This document shows, piece after piece, positions 1 to 11,134 of a DNA stretch of 64,000 bases. The notes below the pieces were generated by a model, which did not search any database, was not told the DNA's origin, and worked only from the letters and a program-made list of their open reading frames with translations. Origin of the DNA: the human T2T-CHM13v2.0 reference genome, Homo sapiens; NCBI RefSeq assembly GCF_009914755.1, contig NC_060928.1; one strand, 5' to 3'. The position numbers and the translations under genes are program-made. The number at the start of each line of letters is the position of its first letter. The first letter of the stretch is position 1.

Positions 1-1224
1 ATATGTGTTATGTCCTTGCATTTTCACAAACATTCTGTGAAATATCTTACCTCCATTTTACTGATCAGAAACCAGGCACAGTTAGACAGTGATGAATGAT
101 TCAAACAGATACTGACGGACATTTCACAGTTTACATCAAAATTTTAAACTTTGTAAAGACAGGAAAAGGAGCTTCATGGTGACCAAGGATATCAGCTCCC
201 TTCCTCTGGAGCTAACTCCTAAGGTAAAAAGCAAGAAAATGCAGCACAAGTGATCACTTTCATCTCTACTAAAAGCTATGGAGATTCCTGCCAAAAAGAA
301 ACCCACCCCATTCAGCGCTGCAAATCTTTCAGTTTAAACTTCTGGTGGCAAAGGAAACAGCACCAATTTGCAATATTCCAGTGCTCTGAGTTGGTTTCTG
401 GAGTCTATGTCGGCTCTGCAAGGAGAATGAATTGATGCCGTGGTCCTTCGTTACTTTCAATAAACTCTGGAATTAATAAAGGATCTTGAGAAATGAACTA
501 ATGGTGAACGTTTGGTAGGAGGAAGTCGTCAACCTAGAAGTTAAGTCATCACAGGCTTACTGTTGTCTTATGTTGATGGAATATCTAGATATTAACACTG
601 TAAGGCAACACAAGAAGAATGTTTTCACCATATATGTATACTTTTCTCTCTTTTAAATAAGAAATTGTTTTCTTTGGACAACTTGACAAAAACCAATCAT
701 CTGTCAGTGATGCTGTAATGGGTGGTTTTGGGACATGTTTTTAAGGTTAGGTTTCTTGCAAAAAGTGACACTTGAAGAAACTTTTAAGCAAACAAGAGAG
801 AATTACTTGATGGACACAGCATGATAGGTTTATCTTAGGTCTACAAAAAGCACAGGGCTCAGAAAAGAAGAAACCAAAAGGAGACCATTTTGAGCAAGTG
901 AACTGTATAGTATTGTGAGTGGAGACTGAGGAAATTGATGTAAGTATTTTGAAAGCCCATGAGATCACCTAAACATTTGATGGTAGGAAATACTTCAATG
1001 AAAGCACATCCATTTTGTGCAATATTATATACCATTAAAATCATGTTTTTGAGGATTATTTAATGGTACTAGAAATTATTTATGATATAATGTTACTTGA
1101 AAGAGAAAGCAAGATATAAATTTCATATTCAGGATAATAGCAGTTTTGTTATACATATACCTGCCCACCAACATGCACACATGCATACCTTATCAGAAGG
1201 TGTTACAAATATACAAATGAAACA

Positions 1225-1660
1225 TTAATCTGTCTTGAGCATGATAGGGAATGTATTGATAATATAACTGAACAATTCAAGGATAAAATTGGCTTCAAAG
1301 GTTGATCCAAGTCCAAATATGGTGCCAGGACCCCATTTCTCACACTACATTTTTCCGCTCTAGTTTTGTGCCATTGCTCTCATTTGCAGGTAGGTCCTGC
1401 CCTAGAGCATAGAGAGGCTGCAGGTACTCTCATTCAAGTTAGGTGGGAAAGAGGGTTTGAACAGGGTCCTGGTTTCTTTGTCTTATTTCTTGTTCCCAAC
1501 CCTGAACCCATCCCTGTAGCTAAGAAGGTGTAACACCTCTCACCATCCTTCCCAACCAGAGGTGAGGTAAGTTCCAGCCAAATCACATGGCTAGGAGATT
1601 CAGGTGACCTTTAAGAAAGGGGAATGGAAGGGTGGGTGGTGAAGCAACAAACAAATGTCT
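1225..1660. mobile_element. Old MaLR LTR remnant (MLT1-like)
   Basis: Degenerate MLT1-like text; boundaries approximate. Confidence 0.4.
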
Positions 1661-1820
1661 GCTACTCATACTCTCACACAGGGAATAATTGGAAGAAAGG
1701 ATACCCCAATTTTCATTGGTTGCCATGGATTATACATATACACATATACACAGACACACACACATATACATATTTAATATGGATTATAGATGATTTCATA
1801 TGACTTCACAAGCTTATTTT

Positions 1821-2125
1821 ATTTTTATTTTATTTTATTTTTCTGTGATGGAGTCTCGCACTCTCGCCCAGGCTGGAGTGCGGTGGCACCATCTCGGCTC
1901 ACTGCAAGCTCTGCCTCCCAGGTTCACGCCATTCTCCTGCCTCAGCCTCCTGAATAGCTGGGACTACAGGTGCCCGCCACCAAGCCCAGCTAATTTTTTG
2001 TATTTTTAGTAGAGACGGGGTTTCACCATGTTAGCCAGCATGGTCTCAATCTCCTGACCTTGTGATCCTCCCGCCTCGGCCTCTCAAAGTGCTGGGATTA
2101 CAGGCGTGAGCCACCACTCCTGGCC
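1821..2125 (-). mobile_element. AluY-like SINE, full length
   Basis: T-rich tail followed by reverse Alu with Y-type text (gcaagctc..ttcacgccattctc, gttagccag). TSD aagcttatttt at 1810-1820 and 2126-2136. Confidence 0.95.
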
Positions 2126-3394
2126 AAGCTTATTTTTTAAGAATATTCCAATAATTACATATAATCTAAGAAATAAATTACAAAACTCCCTAAAACAAAA
2201 GGTGCACATTTTTAGCTTATCAATAAAGCCAGGTCATTTATAGGTTGATAGTTTTAAATACTTCTATACAGCTGTATATTGTTTTATGCATATAGCTTTA
2301 TAACTCTACATATAGTTTTATAGTTATATGTAGACAGATAGATATACCTTATTTATAAAATAATATATATTTAAAAGTTCGGCACCAAGTGGTAAAAGGT
2401 TCTGAAAAGTGTTTGAGACCATGGGAGAGGTAGTGAAGAGAGTGATTTCATCAAGCAATAGTTGAGAAATGTTATTTTTGCAATATTTTTTGATGAATGT
2501 TAATAGGTATCATTAATTATATTTAATATTTTGTAGCAAATGTTTAAATAATTATACTCAGGAACTTCAAAAACTTTATTTAAAAAAAAATTACTCAGAG
2601 AATGTCATGTACTGGCCTGTGCCTGGGCTTTCCCAAGCTATTTCTCCTCTAGTCCCACCTGTCTCTATGTCAGTGTTAGCCCATTGCCAATGGTCTCCCC
2701 ACAAAAGAAAGCAACACACACTCACCCTAGTAAGATAGTTTTATTGGCATTCTTGTGGACAGATGGAGAATGGGGGTCTATCACATAGCACAGCTTTATA
2801 GACATCCACATTTACCCTTCTCCATACATTCCCAAAACGCTCTCTCCCTTGGCAGCTGTCTCATCCCTCCTAGCTCACTCAGCACCTCAGTTGGCATCTA
2901 TTTTTTTTTCTTTTCCACCTCCTCCATCTCTTCTGCAGCCACATGGCTTCAGTCCCTACCACCCTGGGACACTTCCTCTAGGTTAAGAGTCAAAATGCAA
3001 ATGCCCGCAGGAGCCAGGTGGGCAACATAAAGAAAAGAGCAGAAATTCCAGGTACCAAAGACTGGCAGGGACTATGGCAAACTAGACAATGAATGCCTCA
3101 TAAAGCACTTGGTGCCTGTAGGGATGAGGATCCCGTATTCACTGGCTCCCGATTGTCAAAGAGACACTGGAAATAGGATCTTTAATATCTTTAAAAAATA
3201 CCACATGGTCAAGGAAAACGTATTTGCCAGCCAGATGAAACCCATGAGCTACCAGTTTGCAACCTCATCCCTAGATCTCTCCATTCCTTTTCCTAAGTGG
3301 GCAAAGTTAGTCCTCTCTTGGTGTCCTTCATTTCTATAACCAAACATTAACCACTGCTCAGGGTAAATGTCAATGACTCATCACTTAGCGCACG

Positions 3395-3397
<3 letters not shown>

Positions 3398-3432
<35 letters not shown>
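3398..3432. repeat. (TG)n microsatellite
   Basis: Perfect TG run of about 17 units. Confidence 0.97.
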
Positions 3433-3435
<3 letters not shown>

Positions 3436-5119
3436 GTGGCATGGCAGGTATAAGGTTATAGACACCAAAACTCTCCAACACAGCAGTGCATCTTGAAGCA
3501 AGGATAATCTAAGTGTCGGGAAAGCTGGTTCTACTTCCTATTTAGCCACTTCCTAGTTTTGCTCTTCTATCCCATGCCTATAATACCATGATAAATGCTG
3601 AAATGCCTTGAACTCTCAAATTAAATGTACTATGTTGTACATATTTCCTTTTATGCTCTTTGTTTCCTTTGGGGTGAAAATATACTAATGAGCCAAACAT
3701 CATTCTATCATCAAAGATTGGTGGGATTTAGGAGGTATCAGTGTGTCCAAGCTGCTCTGACGGACATTGTATGAGTGAGGTAAGACGAAGAGTCAATGCC
3801 CAGAAGCAGTGGCTTAAAAAAATTTTTTTGACCAGGTATCAGTCAGGATTTAGTCAAGAAAATAAAAATCACATTAGCTCTTCAAACAGAGGAATTGATT
3901 ACTTAAGTGTGGAAAGGCTGAAAGAACAGAAGGGGAACACTATAAGAATATCTAGAGATAATAACAGCAGGAATTAGCCCATGCCTTGAGAAAGAGGGAC
4001 AGAAAGTAGAAGGTGGGGTTACTGTAACCAGAAGATTGAAGGAGGGGCTCCAAAGAGCTGATGTTGTAGCTTTGAAGAGGTGGTGGCATCTGACTTCTGC
4101 TGGTAGCTCTGCTGCTAGAGGTCTGACAGAAGCTGAAAGAAGTTGAAAGAAGCCGGAGGCTGCAGCCAGTGCAGCTGCTGGAGCCATGCTGAGGGAAACA
4201 GAAACACAGAAAGGAAGCCTCTTCTCTTTCCTCTGACCTTCTCCTCCACTTGCAGAAGGAACCAGCTGGCAAAGGAGGGTCCCAATGCCAACATCACAGA
4301 GCAGTGTAGAGGGGGTGGATTTGGAGCTGAGAGACAATAGGGAGATAACTGGCACAGATACAGCCACAATCAAAAATACAGATCACATCAGGACTCAGCA
4401 CAGAGCTTTTGCACGCATGTCCAACTGCAACAAGCTTCACGAACCAGTGGGACGCACTATATCTTATTTTCTATTCTATTCTATGTCATTTTAATTATTA
4501 AAATGCTGGTTACACTCTCCTACGTGATTTCATAATCCACTAGTGCCTTAGAGGAGTCTCAAATCTAAAAAAGAAGTGAATGACTCTGAGACTCCATGAG
4601 AGCAAAGTGTATGTGGTTGAGATGAAGAAGGATGTCCATCAAATTCAAACAAAAGTCTGAGCAACTTGGAAAATTCAGGGAAAGTATGGGAAGATTTGTT
4701 TTTCTAATTTCAGAGTAGTCTTTGCAAGAAAACAGAGAATATCATTGTGGTAAAGTTGGCAAGATCACATTTTAATTTTGACCCTGCCTTCCTCATCAAC
4801 ATTACAGATGTCAGTTTACAAGTAACATATGACATAGATGTTTACATGCTGGGTGGCACTGAAATACTTAATGTCATTTTTAGAGTCAACATTTATCAGC
4901 ATGGTGGCACATGGAAATTAGGTTTGTTTTCTTTAGTTGGTCTTAGGAAAATCACAGTGCTGTCCACCGGATGGCATAAAAGTCACTAACAACAGATTCT
5001 CCTTTTTATTTCTGGGGTAATTAATCTAGAAGAGTAGACTTGTATGGCCCAAAAACACAATAGGATTGCATTATTTCCTTTTGGTTTTTAGCTAATATCT
5101 AGTATTAAGTCAATCTTTC

Positions 5120-5120
5120 A

Positions 5121-5151
<31 letters not shown>

Positions 5152-5152
5152 T
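5120..5152. repeat. (TA)n plus poly-T microsatellite
   Basis: Seen directly in the sequence. Confidence 0.95.
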
Positions 5153-5366
5153 AAGTTCATTAGTAATTCAAATACTGAATTTGATCTTTATGAAGAGATT
5201 TGGATATCAATACTATTACAAACACAATCTCTACATCCCCCCAAAAGTAGACCAGAAATTTGGAGAGAAACCCAGTTAAAATATGCTATAGCAAAGGCAA
5301 ATTAAAAGCAACTTAGATGGTTTGACTCACAGAGTTAATAGAGTCGTTTACATTTAAAACCTGGAA

Positions 5367-5419
5367 GACTGGGCAAGGTGGTTTACACCTGCAATCCCAG
5401 CACTTTTGGAGGCTGAGGT
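5367..5419 (+). mobile_element. Alu 5'-end fragment (about 53 bp)
   Basis: gactgggcaaggtggtttacacctgcaatcccagcacttttggaggctgaggt matches the first ~50 nt of Alu. Confidence 0.8.
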
Positions 5420-6689
5420 AAAATTTTTTTTAAAATGTCAACAGAAAAGTTTTCAATCATCCAATTAAACAGATAATTTGTTTACATTGGGGAGGAGAAG
5501 TATGCCGTAACTCTGACGTGTGTGTGTTTATACATGCATGTATAAGGAGAGTGTGTGTGTACATGCGTGTGTAAAATAACATGGGTACTCAAAGGAACAG
5601 GTCCAAGTTTAGGAAGAATAGGCCATGTTGACTTGCTGGTATGTACCCAGAACCTGTTTGTTGATGTCAGTCAACTTAGTACTTTCTTCCTTGGGCCAGA
5701 GAAGATGTCATCAGATTATGAATCTGAATTGCTTTCTCTCTTTTTCTTATTGATATTTAAGAATATGAAAGAAAAAGATCTTTCTATCCAAAATAGATGA
5801 AGCTTAGCTGTAAATTTCAAATGCTGATATTTCTCAGCTGTTATGTTTAAACAAAATGTCTAAAAGCCAACCTACTGCTCACAGTAATCAGCAATATCTC
5901 CTATGTAAAATAGTTCAGGAAGCAAAGAAAAAATTTAAAATACGCGATCTCTTTAGTGATTTCACACCTTACTATCTTTCATTGGGTTTGTGACATCATT
6001 TTGTGACCTGTTTTAAGATCATATTAGAAAAACCAAAAAAGAAAAAAGATTGTATTAGATATGTATATATATAAGTACATGATAATTAAATATGACTTTC
6101 CCCAAATGCCTTGAGATAAGGGATGACAAAATGAAGTGTAACAAAATCAGAGTTCAGAGTCATGTCCCTTAGAAAGTTACGTGATGTTTTGGGCTTCATT
6201 CGCCTTATCTATACGAATTGCAATACCGCTTTTGTAAGTTTGTTATAAGGATTAAATCATACAACGTATGAAAAAAAACAAAAAAAAACCTGGAAGAATT
6301 TTGGCTTGGATTATACAGAATTTTACCCTTTGCAATTTTTTTACCATGTATTTAAATTCTTTTCTGTGCATTAGATTCCAAACTTCATAAGGAAATCCGA
6401 GTCTGAATTTAGGCTCAGATCCTGCTTCTGCCATTAACACACCATTTGACCCTGGCAACTTATTAAACTTATTATTTAATCTTATTAAACTCCTCATCTT
6501 ACATGCACCACAATGTCTAACAATACATATTCAGTAAAAAACCTATAACTGTTGGAGCTTTTATCTTGTTAGATGAGGATATCTATCAAGAAACTATGAT
6601 TCTTCTAATTTATTTCTGCTGAAAAATATAAATACACACTAAAGAGAAAGGGGGCAAGCTTCCAGCTCTACTGGAATAGAGAACTATAA

Positions 6690-6940
6690 TGACTGAGAGG
6701 TTGAGTTTGGAGTCTGTTCACCTAGGTTCAAATCCAGGCTCCTTGACTTCCTAGGTAACCTGGATGAGTTGCTTACCCTCTCTGTGCGTCATTCTTCCCA
6801 TGTATAAAATGGGGGGAAAAAAATAACACCATTTAACTCGTAAAATTGTCACGTGGTTTAAAGCTATGTACCTGTAAAGTGCTTTGGAACAGTCCCTGGC
6901 AAATAGTCCTTGGCCTACAATAACTAATAGCTATTACTAC
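6690..6940 (+). mobile_element. MIR SINE
   Basis: MIR core text: cctaggttcaaatcc..., ttaccctctctgtg..., tataaaatgggg..., taaagtgctttggaacagtccctggc. Confidence 0.8.
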
Positions 6941-7149
6941 ATTTTTATTCTTATGTCCAGAGTTTGGGTAATCCAGTGGAGAAGTAAAAGCAAGATGGAA
7001 TGGAAGAGACTATGAAAAAGGCATGAATTTGGGGGATACTTCAAAGTTCTGAGAGTATATTGTAGCAACACTATAGTACTCAAAGTCCCATTGAATAACA
7101 GACTAAATCACAGGATCTCTTCATTTCCAAAATGTCCCAGCTCTCTGTT

Positions 7150-8225
7150 CACAAGAGTTGTCCATGGAAACATGAAACACCTCTTAGGCTTTATAATTAA
7201 GAAACTCCCAGGTTTCATAAATAAAACTTCAAGGACAGACTACTACATATTTAAAAGGATTGCTAAAGTAAAAAAGACAGACAATGCCAAGCGTTGGAGA
7301 AAGTGTGAGGCAAATGGAACTCACATACACAAACAGGGGTTACATAAACTCCTAAAAATCACTTCAGAAAACTGGCTGGCCATATCTGAGAGAGCTGAGC
7401 ATATGCATTCCTCATAGTCTATATGCATTCTTTATAATCTATCAATTTCACTCTTAGGTGTATAAGCAATAGAAATAAAGGCATATGTTCATCAAAAGAC
7501 AAATATATGAATGTTTATAGAGACAACATTTATAATGGCCCAAACAGAAAACAACCCAAATTCTATCACTGAGAATGGGTAAATTGGGATATCTTCATGT
7601 AACAGAATGTCATATGTCATAGAGAATGAACAAACCATTGTTAAGCAACATGGATGAATCTCACCAACATAATATTAAGAAAATTAGCCAGATATAAAAG
7701 AGTGCATATTGTTGGCCCTTGAACAACATGAATCCACATGTAATCTTTGACTACCCCAAAACTTAACTATATACCCTAATGTTGACCAGAAACCTTACTG
7801 ATAACATAAACACCCAAATAATACGTATTTTGTATGTTATATACTATATACTGCAGTCTTACAATAAAGTAAGCTACAGAAAATAAAATGATATTAAGAA
7901 AATCATAAAGAAGGGAAAATATATTTACTGTTCATTAAGTGGAAGCAGATCATCACAAAGATCTTCATCCTCATCTTCTTCACATTGAGTAGGCTGAGAA
8001 GGAGGAGGAGGAGGGGTTGTTCTTGCTGCCTCAGGGGTGGTAGAGGCAGAAGAGATAGAGGAGGTAAAAGGGGAGGCAAGAGAGGCAGGCACACTCTGGA
8101 TAACTTTTATGGAAAAAAAAATTCACATATAAGTGGACCCGTGCAGTTTAAACCTATATTGTTCAAGGGTCAACTGTGCTTTACGATTTCATTTATATAA
8201 AGTTTGAAAGAAGGCAAAACTAAAC
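7150..8225 (+). mobile_element. Old L1M 3' fragment interrupted by a Tigger element
   Basis: L1M 3' motifs (gacaatgccaagcgttggag, gcaacatggatgaatctca); the L1 resumes after 8177. Confidence 0.75.
7709..8177. mobile_element. Tigger2-family DNA transposon derivative (Tigger2a/MER28-like)
   Basis: Terminal inverted repeats gttggcccttgaacaa and ttgttcaagggtcaactg; characteristic gagtaggctgag-gaggaggag interior. Confidence 0.85.
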
Positions 8226-8640
8226 TAAATTTAGTTAGTTTAGTTTTGAAATCCTTTTAGTTAGTTTAGCATTGAAATCCTTTGTTTCTATGTCTGTCTC
8301 CCCTACTCAATCATAACCTGATCAAGACTAGGGACAGTGTCTCATTATATCTTCAGTGTTCAACACAGAGGCTGGCACATAGTAGGCTTCTAGTAAATGT
8401 TAATAAAAAGTAAAATTATTGAGATATATTTTACTTTGTATTTTATAAAAATATACTTTGATGCCAAGTTTGCTGATCAGTTTTGTCAAGTAGACTATGC
8501 AGTAGTTTATGTCAACTATCTTCTTAATTCTTCCCCCAAATTTCACTCAAACATTTCATCATTTTTCTCTGCCTTCAAATATTATTAGCAAAACTCTGCT
8601 AATCAGAGAAGTGGAAGATGTCATAAACTGTACTTTCTTT

Positions 8641-8945
8641 TTTTGTTTTGGTTTTGTTTTGTTTTTGAGACAGTCTTACTCTGTCACACAGACGGGAGTA
8701 TAGTGGAATAATCACGGCTCACTGAAGTCTCGAACTCCTTTGATCAAGCAATTCTCTCACCTCAGCCCCCAAGTAACTAGGACTACAGGCATGTGGCACT
8801 GCACCCTGCTAATACTTTTATTTTTTTATAGAGATAGTATCTTACCATGTTGCCCAACCCGGTCTCAAACTCCTGGGCTCAAGTGATCCTCTTTCTTAAG
8901 CCTCCCAAAGTGCTGGTATTACAGGTGTGACCACCACACCCAGCC
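8641..8945 (-). mobile_element. AluJ-like SINE
   Basis: Diverged reverse Alu dimer (tcctgggctcaagtgatcctc). Imperfect TSD tgtactttcttt / tgtactttgttt. Confidence 0.92.
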
Positions 8946-9994
8946 TTGTACTTTGTTTATTAAGTTTTCCTAATAGATTCTGTAACTGAAATGTAAAAAA
9001 AACTTTTATATGTAGCCTAAGCTGACTCTATTATTTATCAGAGAAATACTACAACCTGACAAATATGTTGGTTATATACTTATGTGGCCTGCTAAATTTG
9101 CAGAGACAGAGTAAGTAAAGGTGGAGAAAGGTTTCTGGCTTTGTTATGCCTTAAACAATTTTCTGAGATTCACATTTATTGCTTTAATAGGCTATCAAGA
9201 AAAATGAAGTAATTATCTGAGATGCAGAATTCTGTTGATCTGAGCATGGACATTTGTTCCTCCTCCCATGAGAGGCCAGTTCTTATTTTTCTCATGAATC
9301 AAATCTATTTAATTCCCATGAGCTCTCTGATTGGAAGAGTGTACTTACATACAACAGCAGAGAATTATGGCACCTCGGCTATTATCACATTCTAATCACA
9401 GCTTCTTGCATTTGAGGCTTATGATACAAAGCAGAATTCAAAATGTCAGTTTCTTGAGGTTCAAAAATCAGTTCCATATATGCTGTCTTGGCAGCAGCCA
9501 AAAAGGACAAATTAATAAAACATTATGTACAGTACTAAAAAACTGGGAGGTAGGCAGAGAATGGAGATGTACGTCATCCATTAATCAGTGACCTAACCAG
9601 AAAAACATTAGTGAATGATTAAAGAAAGATGACCCTAAGGGACTTCAGGGGGATTCAGACAGGCTTTTGTCAAAGCCCCCAAATCTAATGTAATTTCAGG
9701 CTGGCCTCAAAATTCAATTTGTGTGGAACCTCTAAGTCATCTATTCCGCAACGACATACAGCATAATTGCATTTGAACAGCTTCCAGCACAGCACTGAGA
9801 AAATGTCTTGTTCCGGGCCCTCAGTGCCTACGAGGAAGGCAGTCCAGATGACCACACAGGAGGACGGGCTCAGTAACAGAGTCTGCTGATCCCACCTGCT
9901 GACCGTTGCCCTCCACAGGAAGCACATGTTTCTGCTTAATTCCTGCCAGCTTTTGGCTGTCAGGTAGGGCATCTGCAACAGGCAGTTCCCGAGG

Positions 9995-10009
9995 GCTGCC
10001 ACCTGGTGC
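9995..10009 (-). promoter_or_regulatory. Candidate CTCF binding motif
   Basis: Minus strand reads GCACCAGGTGGCAGC, close to the CTCF core, inside a locally GC-richer unique patch. Confidence 0.5.
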
Positions 10010-10772
10010 TGTCAGTCGGCTTCAGACCAACAAGGAAAAGGGGAGGCATTCATCGATGTGCTTATTTTTCTGTGTTTAGAGTATTTCTTGGGACTTAGAG
10101 TTTTCACTTGGCAAGTTAACTGGTCTTTTTAGTTAGGAGAGAAAAAAAAGGAATTTTGCTTGCTTTCCCTTAACTCAGTGCTCCCTGCTTTGGAAAAGCT
10201 ATTTTGTAATACCTGGTTCACCCTCATTAAGTGTCTGCAGCTTCTCCACACTACTGAATGGTTGCTTGAAAATATACTTAAAAGTTATATTCTAAACATC
10301 ATAACTTGAGAAATAGTCATTAAATCCCATTATGTTTTAATGTGTAGTTACAATCACAAATAGGCAAAGTTAGTGTTTCAATCCCATTAGAAAGATTAGA
10401 CAAAAATAAAACAAAAATAAATGTCTCAGGAGGAAGATGGAGCATTCCTTAGAAAATACCCTTTTTGGCTCCTGTCTCAGTAGTTTATAGCATGCAAAGA
10501 AATAGAAGATGTTCAGTGAATGTCAACAGTTAGATGGTATTTCAACCTCAAAAAGACTGCTTATTCTGTTCCAAAATCAACTTATATTCAATTTTCACTC
10601 ATACCTTTCATTTTGCATCTACAAATGCAGTACAACTTTCCATAAAGCCAATTTGATGTAATGAAATTGATTGAATAAGAAGCATGATTTGATTTTCCCA
10701 GATTGCTTTAAGTAGTAGCCTAATTGTGAATAGGAATTAGCACTTGGGTAAGAAGGAAACTATTACCCTGAG

Positions 10773-11134
10773 GTCTTAGTCTGTTTTGGCTGCTATAACA
10801 AAATGCCATAGACTGGGTCATATAGAAAAAACAGAAATGTGTTGCTTACGCTCTGGAGGTGGGGTGGTTCAAGATCAAGGTGCCAGCAGATATGGTGTCT
10901 AGTGAGGGCTCACTCTCTGCTTCAATGATGATGCCCACTACTTGTGTCCTCACATGGCAGAAGGACAAAAGGGCTCCTTCAAGTTTCTTTTATAAGGGTA
11001 AGAATCCCATTCATGAGGGTTCTGCCCTCATGACCCAGACACCTCCCAAAAACTCCCATCTCTTACTACTATGGCCTTAGGGGTTAGGTTTCAACATATG
11101 AATCGTAGAGGGCACAAACATTCAGACCACAGCA
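10773..11134 (-). mobile_element. MaLR solo LTR (MSTD/MLT1A-like)
   Basis: tcttagtctgttttggctgctataacaaaat...caaacattcagaccacagca. Confidence 0.85.

Noticed and set aside
3741-4494. Cluster of overlapping ORFs up to 156 aa
   Set aside because: No recognisable protein; the sequence looks like a decayed LTR-type repeat.
7903-8200. Arg-rich and Leu/Pro-rich ORFs
   Set aside because: They translate the GA-rich interior of a Tigger element.
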